Positions 55,508 through 64,000 of a DNA stretch of 64,000 nt are shown here, in pieces (positions within the stretch are counted from its first letter, which is position 1; each line of letters opens with the position of its first letter). Source of the DNA: Novosphingobium sp. (GTDB taxonomy: Bacteria > Pseudomonadota > Alphaproteobacteria > Sphingomonadales > Sphingomonadaceae). The stretch is taken from the NCBI GenBank assembly GCA_041677785.1, contig JBAYPJ010000005.1, forward strand, positions 3,482-67,481, given 5' to 3'. The position numbers and the translations under genes are program-made. Below the pieces are notes generated by a model that worked only from the letters and a program-made list of their open reading frames with translations, searched no databases and was not told the origin of the DNA.

Positions 55508-55672
55508 CCGCATCCGCCTGATTTGTTTTCGCGCGGCAGTCTCCACCCGGCCGGCCAAATTGCAAGGCGCCGTCCGCCCGGGACCAGCGGCGTTGCGCCG
55601 AGAGTCCAGTCGCCCGTGCTTGACCTTTGCCGGTCCGCGGCGAACCCTCGGCCGACGAACGGGAGACAGAGC

Positions 55673-56617
55673 ATGAAAGTCGGGATCACCTGCGGGGGTA
55701 TCGGCCCCTATGCCAGCGGCGCGTTCATCCGGGCTTCGGCGCGGGCGGCGGAGGAGGCGGGCTTCGCGCATTACTGGATGCCCGACCACGTCGTGCAGTT
55801 CGCCGCCTATCCCGAATCCCGATACCCTTACGCCGAAGGATCGGGGCAGGAACTGCCCGACCAGAGCGACGAGGCGCCGCTGCAGTTCGGCGACGACACT
55901 TACGCCAACGTCGATCCGGCCAACCCGCTGGTCGACCCGGTGATCGGCATGGCCTGGGCGGCGGCGGCGACTTCGCGGATCGAGGTGGGCAGCAACATCC
56001 TGGTCCTGCCGCAGCGCAATCCGGTGGTGCTGGCCAAGGAACTGGCCACGCTCGATTCCTTCTGCGCCGGGCGCGTGGTGCTGGGCGCCGGGGTGGGCTG
56101 GGCGAAGGAGGAGTTCGACGCCTGCGGCGTGCCCTTCGCCGAACGCGGCCGGCGCACCGACGAGGCGATTGCGGCGCTGCGGGCGCTGTGGAACCAGCCG
56201 GTCTCCTCGTTCGCGGGCCGCTTCCACGCCTTCCGCGACGCCTACAGCTATCCCAAGCCCGCGCGCGCCGGCGGGCCGCCGATCCTGATCGGCGGCGAGA
56301 GCGCGGCGGCGCTGCGCCGGGTCGCGCGGCTGGGCGACGGCTGGCTGCCCTACAACCTGCCGGTCGCGGACGCCGCGCGCGCGATCGCCGAGCTGAAGGC
56401 GATGACCCGCGCCGAAGGCCGCGACGCGGACGCGCTGCGCATCGTCAAGATCGTCTACGGCAACGCCCGGATCGACGACCTCAAGCGCTACAGGGACGCG
56501 GGAGTGACGGAGTTCAACGTCGCCTCCAGCGGCGAAATCCCGGTGGACGAAGCGGGCATCGCGGCGAAGTTCCACGAATTTTCCGAAACGATCGTCGAAC
56601 CGATCGCAGGGCTTTAA
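55673..56617 (+). CDS. LLM-class (luciferase-like) flavin/F420-dependent oxidoreductase
   Basis: MKVGITCGG...HYWMPDHVV...RIEVGSNILVLPQRNPVVLAKELATLD...RGRRTDEAIAALRALW. The ATG is behind GGGAGA. It is the tail of track ORF 54029..56617. Confidence 0.8.
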   Translation: MKVGITCGGIGPYASGAFIRASARAAEEAGFAHYWMPDHVVQFAAYPESRYPYAEGSGQELPDQSDEAPLQFGDDTYANVDPANPLVDPVIGMAWAAAATSRIEVGSNILVLPQRNPVVLAKELATLDSFCAGRVVLGAGVGWAKEEFDACGVPFAERGRRTDEAIAALRALWNQPVSSFAGRFHAFRDAYSYPKPARAGGPPILIGGESAAALRRVARLGDGWLPYNLPVADAARAIAELKAMTRAEGRDADALRIVKIVYGNARIDDLKRYRDAGVTEFNVASSGEIPVDEAGIAAKFHEFSETIVEPIAGL

Positions 56618-56687
56618 TCGCGATTGCACTGCTCGCCCCGGCCGCTAGGGTCCCGCCGACAATCCTGCAAAGGCGAGACAAAACACA

Positions 56688-57941
56688 ATGCATTCAACGA
56701 GGGAGGAAACGACGGCGGCGGCCGAATGGCGCGCCCACTGGCCGCTGACGCTGGCCGCGCTGATCGGTTATTCGACGATCGGCCTGCAAAGCTACGGCAT
56801 CAGCCCCTTCGTGACCCATCTCGAAAGCGAGTTCGGCTGGAGCCGCGCCGACGTGATGATCGGCATCAGCCTGTCGAACGCCGCGGGCATCGTGCTCAAC
56901 ATGATCATCGGCCTGATCATCGACCGGTTCGGATCGCGCCGGGTGGCGCTGCTGGGGCTGGTGGTCAAGACCGGGACTTTCGCCCTGCTCGGCGCGGCGA
57001 CGGGGACGCTGCTCAACTGGGCCGCGCTCTGGCTGATGCTCGCGGTCGGCGTGGTGCTGGTCCAGTCGACCGTCTGGACCCGCGCGGTCGCCAGCCGCTT
57101 CGACAAGGCGCGGGGGCTGGCCCTGGCGGTGGCGCTTTCGGGCACGCCGATCACGGCGATGCTGGCGCCGCCGCTGGCCTCCTGGCTGATCGGCGCCTAC
57201 GGCTGGCGCATGGGCTTCGCCGGCGTCGGCGCCATCTGGCTCGCCGTGACGCTGCCGATCGTGTTCCTGTTCTTCCGCGAGAAGCCCGCCAGCCCCGCCG
57301 CGACCACCGCCGCCGCCGCCGAAACCGCCAGCCCGGCCGAGATGGCGGGCCTGACCTTCGCGCAGGGCATCCGCACGCGGGCCTTCGCCCGCCTGCTCCT
57401 CTCGTTCGCCTGCTTCTCGTTCTACAGCATGACGATCGCGACCAATCTCGTGCCGCTGCTGACCGAAACCGGCATCGCCGCGACCGAAGCGGCCAGCATC
57501 GCCGCGATCATGGGCCTGGTCGGCATCGTCGCCCGGCTTTCGGTCGGCGTGCTGCTCGATCGCTTTCCCGGCCACCTGATCGGCACCGGCACGCTGCTGA
57601 TGCCGATCGTGGGCTGCGCGATCCTGCTGATGGACGCGCCGGGGATCCTCCTGCTGTCGGTGGCGGTGGCGATGTTCGGCGCGGCCATCGGCGCCGAGAT
57701 CGACGTCGCGCTCTACCTCGCCACGCGCCATTTCGGCCTCAAGGCGTTCGGCGCCCTGTTCAGCGCGATCATCGTCGGCGGCGCGGTGGCCGCGACGCTC
57801 GGCCCCTTCATCGGCGGCTGGCTGCACGACCTCTACGGCAGCTACGACATCCTGCTCATGATGATCATGGCGGTGATGGGCATCGGCGCTCTGGCCATGC
57901 TGACCATGGGCCGGCCACCCCGGCGCTGGGCGGCGGAATAG
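56688..57941 (+). CDS. MFS transporter
   Basis: 417 aa, about 12 predicted TM helices, with the ...DRFGSRRV... loop 2-3 motif. Confidence 0.85.
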   Translation: MHSTREETTAAAEWRAHWPLTLAALIGYSTIGLQSYGISPFVTHLESEFGWSRADVMIGISLSNAAGIVLNMIIGLIIDRFGSRRVALLGLVVKTGTFALLGAATGTLLNWAALWLMLAVGVVLVQSTVWTRAVASRFDKARGLALAVALSGTPITAMLAPPLASWLIGAYGWRMGFAGVGAIWLAVTLPIVFLFFREKPASPAATTAAAAETASPAEMAGLTFAQGIRTRAFARLLLSFACFSFYSMTIATNLVPLLTETGIAATEAASIAAIMGLVGIVARLSVGVLLDRFPGHLIGTGTLLMPIVGCAILLMDAPGILLLSVAVAMFGAAIGAEIDVALYLATRHFGLKAFGALFSAIIVGGAVAATLGPFIGGWLHDLYGSYDILLMMIMAVMGIGALAMLTMGRPPRRWAAE

Positions 57942-57955
57942 AGCCTGTCCGCCGC

Positions 57956-58867
57956 TCAGCCGCCCTTGCGCGCCATTTCGAAGCTGCGCGCGAGGTGATC
58001 GGCGAAGCCGGTGCGCTGCGGAAGGACCCATTGCCGGCTTTCGTCACGGATCGCGTCGATGTTGTCGGCCACCACGTCTATCGTCCAGTCCGGGCGATAG
58101 ACGCCTTCGCTTTCGGCGAAATAGGCGCGGGCGACACGCCCGCCGACCGCGATGAACAGCTCTCCGGACACGTCGCAGCTTTCGTGCGCCAGCCAGCCGA
58201 CCACCGGCGCGACCAGTTCCGGCCCCATCGGCGGGTACTGCGAGGTGTCGAGCCCCTCGGCCATGCGCGTGACGGCGCCGGGCAGGATGATGTTCGACCG
58301 GACGTTGCGCTCCGCGCCCTCGATCGAAATGGCGTTGGAAAGCCCGATCATGCCCGATTTGGCCACGGCATACTGCACCGTGTTGGGCATGGTATAGAGC
58401 CCGCCGATCGAGCCCGTCAGCACCACCCGGCCATAGCCCGCTTCGAGCATCCGCGCGAAAGCGGGCTGCACCACGTGGAAGCCGCCGAGGAGGTGGATGT
58501 CGAGGCTGCGCCGGAAATCCTCGTAGGCGATCTCGGCCAGCGGCGCGAACAGCGAGTTGCCGGCGTTGTGGATCAGCACGTCGATCCGCCCGAAACTGTC
58601 GAGCGCGGCCGCGACGATCGCCTTGCCGCCCTCGGGCGTCGCCACGCTCTCTGTGCAGGCAACCGCCTCGCCGCCCGCCGCCCGGATCGCGGCCGCCACG
58701 TCTTCGGCCGGCCCGGCATCGGCGCCGGTGCCCGAGAGCGCCGAGCCGTTGTCGTTGACCAACACGCGCGCGCCCTTGCCCGCCAGCAGCTCGGCATAGG
58801 CGCGGCCAAGCCCGCGGCCGGCGCCGGTGATCACCGCGACGCGGCCGTCGAAGCGCCGCCCGGTCAT
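57956..58867 (-). CDS. SDR-family oxidoreductase (MFE-2/3-hydroxyacyl-CoA dehydrogenase-like)
   Basis: MTGRRFDGRVAVITGAGRGLGRAYAELLA...NAG...YAVAK. This is the tail of track ORF 57956..59236. Confidence 0.85.
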   Translation of the reverse strand: MTGRRFDGRVAVITGAGRGLGRAYAELLAGKGARVLVNDNGSALSGTGADAGPAEDVAAAIRAAGGEAVACTESVATPEGGKAIVAAALDSFGRIDVLIHNAGNSLFAPLAEIAYEDFRRSLDIHLLGGFHVVQPAFARMLEAGYGRVVLTGSIGGLYTMPNTVQYAVAKSGMIGLSNAISIEGAERNVRSNIILPGAVTRMAEGLDTSQYPPMGPELVAPVVGWLAHESCDVSGELFIAVGGRVARAYFAESEGVYRPDWTIDVVADNIDAIRDESRQWVLPQRTGFADHLARSFEMARKGG

Positions 58868-59421
58868 GGAATATGCCTTTCGCGCAGGTTGGTCAGCGGC
58901 CGGCGGTACGACGGATCGCTCTTGTCGCGCGCCGGCGCGCCGTTGCCGTAGAGGTCGGGCACGTCGGCAAAGGGGATCGGGATGGCGGGCAGCAGGCCCG
59001 CCCATTCGATCGCATTGGTCCGCAGCGCGATCTTCCATTCGCCGCCGCGCCGTTCGAACCGGTCGATATAGCGGCCGCCCGCCTGCACCAGGCTTTCGTC
59101 CTTGTTGCGCGCGACGAAGAGGTAATAGGTCTCGGTGTGCGCGGTGTCGCCGTCGAGGTCGATGGTCACGTTGAGCAGGCTGTGGTGCGTCAGGATCTGC
59201 CCTTCCTCGTGCATCGGAAAGGCCCAGTCGGCGCATTCGGACGCGAGGCCGACGAACGGCCCCGCCGCCATCTCCGCATCGGCGTGGAAGGCGGAAAGGT
59301 ACAGCTCGCGGTCGAGCCGGTCCATGCCCCGGCTGAACCGGGTCAGCGCCTCCGTGATGTCCTGCTTGTCGAGCAGCGCCGCGAGCCGGGCGAGGCGATC
59401 AGCGTCCATTGCCATAACCAT
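58864..59421 (-). CDS. NTF2-like (SnoaL_4) protein
   Basis: LARLAALLDKQDITEALTRFSRGMDRLDRELYLSAFH...GGRYIDRFERRGGEWKIA. The start is ambiguous (59421, 59415 or 59409). Confidence 0.72.
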   Translation of the reverse strand: MVMAMDADRLARLAALLDKQDITEALTRFSRGMDRLDRELYLSAFHADAEMAAGPFVGLASECADWAFPMHEEGQILTHHSLLNVTIDLDGDTAHTETYYLFVARNKDESLVQAGGRYIDRFERRGGEWKIALRTNAIEWAGLLPAIPIPFADVPDLYGNGAPARDKSDPSYRRPLTNLRERHIP

Positions 59422-60298
59422 GCGCCCTGATCGGTTGCCAGATGGGCGAGCCGCGCTCGGCCCGCAGCGAGGGGATCACCCGCCCGTCGACATCGGTGAC
59501 GCCGTAGAGCTGCGCCATCTCGGCGGTGATGAACGTGCCGCCCGACAGCCGCATGATCTTGTCGTCGCCCAGCATCTCCGCGATCACCCGGCCCGGATGC
59601 TCGACCGTGCTGCCGATATCCGGGTTGGTCACCGTCTGCCCCTTCATGTCGGGATTGGCGCCGAGGTTGTGATAGGCCTTTTCGGTGAAGGTCAGCCCCT
59701 GCCACAGCGACACCGAGGCGACGTTGTGCGGCTCCAGCTCGATCGCCATGTCGCGCGCCATGCGGTCCACCGCCGACTTGGCCGTGCCGAAGACGACGCC
59801 GAAGGTGTAGGTCACGCCGACGTAGCCCGAGATCGCGACGATCAGACCGGACCCCTGCGGCACCATGATCTGCGCCGCGTGCCAGGCGGCGACGAAGGAC
59901 GAGCGCACGCCGACGTGCCACATCTCCAGGTTCGAGAGCGGCTTTTCCCAGAACGGCTGCTTGACGATGAGGTCGTCCGAAAGCTGGAAGGCGTTGTTGA
60001 CCAGAAGGTCGAGCCGGCCCTGCTCGCGCCGGACCTGATCGAACAGCGCCGCGACCTGCTCGTCGTTGCCGTGGTCGCAGGCGACGGCGATGCCCCTGCC
60101 GCCTGCCGCCTCGCCGCACTTCGTGCACTCGGCCGCCGTCTCGCCCACGGTGCCGGGCAGGTAGAACTCGCCCGGCGTCACCGTGCGGCCGGTGACGTAG
60201 ACGGTGGCGCCCTGTTCGGCGAGCACCAGCGCGATACCCTTGCCGATGCCGCGGCTGGCGCCGGTGACAACCGCCACCTTGCCCGTGAGCGCGCCCAT
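59399..60298 (-). CDS. Atypical SDR-family protein (FGTAK in place of YxxxK)
   Basis: GKVAVVTGASRGIGKG cofactor motif and NNA. The segment aligned to the catalytic tetrad reads VVFGTAKSAV. Confidence 0.8.
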   Translation of the reverse strand: MGALTGKVAVVTGASRGIGKGIALVLAEQGATVYVTGRTVTPGEFYLPGTVGETAAECTKCGEAAGGRGIAVACDHGNDEQVAALFDQVRREQGRLDLLVNNAFQLSDDLIVKQPFWEKPLSNLEMWHVGVRSSFVAAWHAAQIMVPQGSGLIVAISGYVGVTYTFGVVFGTAKSAVDRMARDMAIELEPHNVASVSLWQGLTFTEKAYHNLGANPDMKGQTVTNPDIGSTVEHPGRVIAEMLGDDKIMRLSGGTFITAEMAQLYGVTDVDGRVIPSLRAERGSPIWQPIRAHGYGNGR

Positions 60299-60840
60299 CA
60301 GGCGTGCCCCTCGCCGGCGAAGAACCTGGCGCTGTAGTCGCCGCGGGCGCGGCCGGAGAAGAACTCCTCGCGCAGCGGCAGGCCCATGACGCCCTGCGAC
60401 CAGTCGATCGCCCGGCCCCAGTCATGGAACCAGTCGTAAAGCATCATGCGATTGGCGATACGCCATTCGCCGTTCCGCTTTTCCAGCACGTCGAGATAGC
60501 GCCCACCGACGATGGTGTCGTTCTCGCCCTCGCCCATGTCGACGCGATGGTACGAGAGGACATGCGTTTCGGCGCGCGCCCTGTCGCCAGCAAGCTCGAT
60601 GTAGCTCTGGCCGAGCGCATGCTGCGTGTTGGTGATCGCCTCGGCGCCGGGCACGACCCAGGCGAGGTATTCGTCGAACGTGCCCTTGAACACGCCGTAG
60701 TCGGTGATCGAATCCGGCCAGAGCGAGGCCGCGATCATCTCTGCGTTGCGGCGATCCTCGCCACGCGCGAGGCGTTCGAGGCATTGGCGGATGCGGTCGC
60801 GGGCGACAAGGGCGCGCAGATCGTCGCTGGTGGGGTCCAT
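60298..60840 (-). CDS. NTF2-like (SnoaL_4) protein
   Basis: MDPTSDDLRALVARDRIRQCLERLARGEDRRN...GGRYLDVLEKRNGEWRIA. The ATG at 60840 is behind GGAGAGAG. ATGA overlap with the downstream SDR. Confidence 0.72.
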   Translation of the reverse strand: MDPTSDDLRALVARDRIRQCLERLARGEDRRNAEMIAASLWPDSITDYGVFKGTFDEYLAWVVPGAEAITNTQHALGQSYIELAGDRARAETHVLSYHRVDMGEGENDTIVGGRYLDVLEKRNGEWRIANRMMLYDWFHDWGRAIDWSQGVMGLPLREEFFSGRARGDYSARFFAGEGHA

Positions 60841-60937
60841 GGTTCTCTCTCCCGGTCTGCGGGCGCCCGAATCCGGGCCCGCCAGTTGGCCAAGACTAGC
60901 CGTCCGCCCCAAGGCGGCGCTTGACCATTTCGGACAA

Positions 60938-61984
60938 ATGCGCTCGATTCCGGGCGAAGGGTGCCCGACCGTGACCGAGGTTTTCGATACCGTCCACGCG
61001 CAGGTCCTGCGCTTCCTGCCGGAACTCGTCGCGGAGATGGGCGGCGATCCGGTCGCCCTGCTGCGGCGCGCCGGCCTTCCCGCGCGGGGCGAGGCGACCT
61101 ATCGTCAGGCGATCCATCTGCTGGAAGTGGCGGCGGCGGCGCTGCGCTGCCCGGATTTCGGCCTGCGTCTGGCGCAGCGGCAGGGCGGCGGCGCGATGTT
61201 CGGCCCGCTCGGGCTGGCGATGCGCAACTCGCGCACCTTCGGCGACGCGCTCACCTACGTCAGCCAGCACATCTACGCCCACAGCCTCGCCGCGCGCATC
61301 CGCCTGACGCGCCTGCCCGGCGGCGGCGCCTTCTCCGCGCACGACATCCTGCTCGACGGCGCGCCGGTGCGGACGCAGTTCGTCGAGCAGATCATCCTGG
61401 CCGGCCATCTCGCGGCGGGGGAGATCACCGGCGGCCATGCCCGCGTGCGCCGCGTCCATTTCCGGCACCAGCCGGTCTCGCCGCCGGCCGTCTATCGCCG
61501 CCATTTCGGCTGCGAGGTGCGCTTCGGCCAGAACGAGGACGGCGTGCTGTTCTCGGCCGCCGACCTCGCCTGCCCCGTCGTCGATTCCGACGCGCAGGCC
61601 TTCGCGCGCATCGCCGCCTTCATCGGCAGCGCCTTCCCCGATCACCTGCCGCCGCTGCACGCGCAAGTGCGCGGCGTGATCATGCAGTTTCTCGGCTCCG
61701 CCCCCTGCACCAACGACAGCGTCGCCGCCGAACTCAACCTCCACCCGCGCACGCTGCACCGCCGGCTGCGCGCCGAGGGCACCTCGTTCCAGAAGATCAA
61801 GGACGAAGTGCGCCGCGACCTGATGCTCTACTACCTGCAGCAGACCCGGCTGGACTTCACGCGCATCTCGGAGCGGCTGGGCTTCGCCGAGCAGTCGGTG
61901 ATGACGCGAAGCTGCAACCGCTGGTTCGCCGCCTCGCCGACGCGGGTGCGGCAGGGGAGCGCGGCAGGGGGCACGGCAGCGTGA
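60938..61984 (+). CDS. AraC-family transcriptional regulator (OruR-like ligand-binding N-domain)
   Basis: C-terminal HTH: ...VAAELNLHPRTLHRRLRAEGTSFQKIKDEVRRDLMLYYL...ISERLGFAEQSVMTRSCNRWF. The start is uncertain (ATG 60938 or GTG 60971). Confidence 0.82.
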   Translation: MRSIPGEGCPTVTEVFDTVHAQVLRFLPELVAEMGGDPVALLRRAGLPARGEATYRQAIHLLEVAAAALRCPDFGLRLAQRQGGGAMFGPLGLAMRNSRTFGDALTYVSQHIYAHSLAARIRLTRLPGGGAFSAHDILLDGAPVRTQFVEQIILAGHLAAGEITGGHARVRRVHFRHQPVSPPAVYRRHFGCEVRFGQNEDGVLFSAADLACPVVDSDAQAFARIAAFIGSAFPDHLPPLHAQVRGVIMQFLGSAPCTNDSVAAELNLHPRTLHRRLRAEGTSFQKIKDEVRRDLMLYYLQQTRLDFTRISERLGFAEQSVMTRSCNRWFAASPTRVRQGSAAGGTAA

Positions 61985-62057
61985 TTTTGTCCTGATCGGT
62001 CAAGCCGCGACGCGGCCGCAAGCGCAAACAGGCGAAGGAAGAGGAGAAGCCCGAACC

Positions 62058-63047
62058 ATGGCCCAGGTCCAGACCCTGCGCGGTCCCGTCGATAGCGCCG
62101 CGCTCGGCCGCGTGCTGATCCATGAGCACATCTTCCTCATGGACATGGAATATACCTACAACTACCGGCCCGACTTCTTCGCGGAGCAGACGATCGCCGA
62201 TGCGGCCGCGCGGCTCAACGCGCTCAAGGCCAGCGGCATCGACACGATCATCGACCTCACCGTGCTCGGCCTCGGCCGGCACGTGCCGAGCCTTGCCAAA
62301 GTGGCGCCGCTGACCGACCTCAACATCGTCATCTCCACCGGCGCCTACACCTTCGACGAGGTGCCCGGCCCCTTCGCCTTCCACGGCCCCGGCCTGCTGC
62401 TCGACCGCCCCGAGCCGATGGTCGACCTCTTCGTGCGCGACATCACCGAGGGCGTCGCCGGCACCGGCATCAGGGCCGGCCAGCTCAAGTGCGCCATCGA
62501 CATGCAGGGGCTGCGGCCCGGCGTCGAACGGATCATGCGCGCGGTGGCGCGGGCGAACGTGCTCACCGGCTGTCCGATCACCGTCCACACCGCGCCGCAG
62601 GCCGAAACCGGGCTCGTCGTCCAGCAGGTGCTGGCCGAGGAGGGGGTGAACCTGGAGGACGTGATCATCGGCCACTGCGGCGACACCGGCGACACCGACT
62701 ACCTGATGAAGCTGGCCGACAGGGGCTCGCTGCTCGGCATGGACCGCTTCGGCGTGGAGTTCGCCATCACCATGGAGCAACGCGTCGCGACGATCGCCGA
62801 GATGGTGAAGCGCGGCTACGCCGGGCAGATGGCGCTCTCGCACGATTGCTGCGCCTGGTCGGACTTCTTCCCGCAGGTCACGGACTACCACCGCGCCATG
62901 CCGCGGCACCACTATCTCCACATCCACGACGACGTGATCCCCGCGCTGCGCGAGGCGGGCGTCGGCCAGCGCGATCTCGACACGATGTTCGTCGACAATC
63001 CCCGCCGGCACTTCGAGAACGCCGCCCGGCATTTCGCGCAGCGGTAG
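62058..63047 (+). CDS. Phosphotriesterase-family (PTE-like lactonase/amidohydrolase) protein
   Basis: 329 aa; G.VLIHEHIF metal-binding His pair, ...VHT..., ...GHCGD..., ...LSHD... Confidence 0.82.
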   Translation: MAQVQTLRGPVDSAALGRVLIHEHIFLMDMEYTYNYRPDFFAEQTIADAAARLNALKASGIDTIIDLTVLGLGRHVPSLAKVAPLTDLNIVISTGAYTFDEVPGPFAFHGPGLLLDRPEPMVDLFVRDITEGVAGTGIRAGQLKCAIDMQGLRPGVERIMRAVARANVLTGCPITVHTAPQAETGLVVQQVLAEEGVNLEDVIIGHCGDTGDTDYLMKLADRGSLLGMDRFGVEFAITMEQRVATIAEMVKRGYAGQMALSHDCCAWSDFFPQVTDYHRAMPRHHYLHIHDDVIPALREAGVGQRDLDTMFVDNPRRHFENAARHFAQR

Positions 63048-63134
63048 GGTTGCCGTGGCGCGCGCGCTTTCCCGCCGCGCCGTTCCCCGATAGAGCCGCC
63101 CTCCCGCGAATCCCCGCGCCGCAAGGAGCACCCG

Positions 63135-63965
63135 ATGTCGTCCAGTCCCTGGGCCCGCCATACCCGCAACGCCGCCGTCGCCGACGACATCGACTTCGAG
63201 ATCAAGGGGCAGGAACTGCAGTTCCTCGAAATCGAGCTGGACCCCGGCGAAAGCGCCGTGGCCGAAGCCGGCGCCATGGTCTGGAAGGAAGCCAGCATCG
63301 CCATGACCACCGTGTTCGGCGACGGCCGCGCGCAGGACGACGGCTTCATGGGCAAGCTGCTCGGCGCGGGCAAGCGGCTCGTCACCGGCGAGAGCCTGTT
63401 CACCACGGTCTTCACCCACCAGGGCCAGGGCAAGGCGCGCGTCGCCTTCTCCGCGCCGGTGCCGGGCTCGATCCTGCCGATCAAGCTCAGCGACGTGGGC
63501 GGCACGCTGATCTGCCAGAAGGACAGCTTCCTCGCCGCCGCTCGGGGGGTGACGATCGGCGTCCAGTTCCAGCGCCGCATCCTCACCGGCCTGTTCGGCG
63601 GCGAAGGCTTCATCATGCAGAAGCTCGAAGGCGACGGCTGGGTCTTCGTCCAGATGGGCGGTACGATCGTCGAGCGGACGCTGGCGCCGGGCGAGGAATT
63701 GCACGTCGATACCGGCTGCATTGCGGCCTATACGTCAGGTGTCAATTTCGACGTGGTCGGCGTCGGCGGCGTGCGCAGCGTGCTGTTCGGCGGCGAGGGC
63801 CTGTTCTTCGCGCGGCTGCAGGGTCCGGGCAAAGTCTGGATCCAGTCGCTGCCTTTCGCCCGCCTCGCCGGGCGGATGCTGGCCGCGGCGGGCAGCAGGG
63901 GCGGCCAGAACCGCGGCGAAGGCTCGGTCCTCGGCGGCCTCGGCAACCTGCTCGACGGCGACTGA
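63135..63965 (+). CDS. AIM24/TIGR00266-family protein
   Basis: 276 aa; FEIKGQELQFLEIELDPGESAVAEAGAMVW...GEGFIMQKLEGDGWVFVQMGG... Confidence 0.72.
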   Translation: MSSSPWARHTRNAAVADDIDFEIKGQELQFLEIELDPGESAVAEAGAMVWKEASIAMTTVFGDGRAQDDGFMGKLLGAGKRLVTGESLFTTVFTHQGQGKARVAFSAPVPGSILPIKLSDVGGTLICQKDSFLAAARGVTIGVQFQRRILTGLFGGEGFIMQKLEGDGWVFVQMGGTIVERTLAPGEELHVDTGCIAAYTSGVNFDVVGVGGVRSVLFGGEGLFFARLQGPGKVWIQSLPFARLAGRMLAAAGSRGGQNRGEGSVLGGLGNLLDGD

Positions 63966-64000
63966 TCAGGCGGCCGGCGGCGTCCAGTCGGACACCACGT

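Noticed and set aside
54029-56629. The 862-aa plus ORF 54029..56617 and the 627-aa minus ORF 54746..56629 as full-length genes.
   Set aside because: Each contains a real gene only in its C-terminal part: the LLM oxidoreductase from 55673 and the SDR from 55507. The remainder is antisense to other well-supported genes.
63966-64000. Possible 3' end of a minus-strand gene (TCA stop complement at 63966-63968, ...VVSDWTPPAA*).
   Set aside because: Only about 11 codons are visible, which is insufficient to call a feature.

Overview
High-GC (about 65%) alphaproteobacterial chromosome segment. The r-protein and EF-Tu sequences, the PhyR/NepR/EcfG system and the TonB-receptor content suggest Sphingomonadales; this taxonomic call is inference only. 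There are five blocks.

(1) 1-17.4 kb, minus strand: the str-S10-spc ribosomal supercluster (rpsL-rpsG-fusA-tuf-rpsJ-rplCDWB-rpsS-rplV-rpsC-rplP-rpmC-rpsQ-rplNXE-rpsNH-rplFR-rpsE-rpmD, then rplO-secY). A roughly 2 kb fatty-acid-hydroxylase + LysR insertion splits it between rpmD and rplO. Nested-palindrome repeat elements sit in two operon spacers.

(2) 17.7-23.3 kb: entericidin-like lipoprotein, ModE-like HTH protein, Ku-LigD NHEJ pair, and two tandem NTF2-like paralogs.

(3) 23.4-35.5 kb: oxygenase-rich catabolic island (TonB receptor, orphan Rieske oxygenase, TetR, type I BVMO, SMP-30 lactonase, NtaA/DszA-type monooxygenase, 2-hydroxyacid dehydrogenase, RraA/HMG-aldolase-like protein, FMN alpha-hydroxyacid oxidase).

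(4) 35.5-50.1 kb: a general stress response (GSR) island. It holds phyR, a CHASE-HWE kinase, nepR-ecfG, a second nepR-less ecfG paralog with its own receiver protein, an SdrG-like receiver, GSP26, a GlsB/YeaQ protein, a GT4-fusion/GH130-like pair and a GGDEF-EAL protein. Five perfect GGAAC-N16/17-CGTT promoter motifs lie here. One of them appears to drive a non-coding, GsrN-like RNA candidate between ecfG2 and phyR.

(5) 50.3-64 kb: a second oxidoreductase cluster (two convergent VOC paralogs, sulfotransferase, SDRs, NTF2-like proteins, LLM oxidoreductase, MFS, AraC, PTE-like lactonase, AIM24).

I recognised no rRNA, tRNA, CRISPR array, transposase or integrase. All functional calls rest on motif recognition by eye and on synteny; no database search was possible. 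Many long ORFs in the track are GC-rich antisense shadow ORFs and were discarded.
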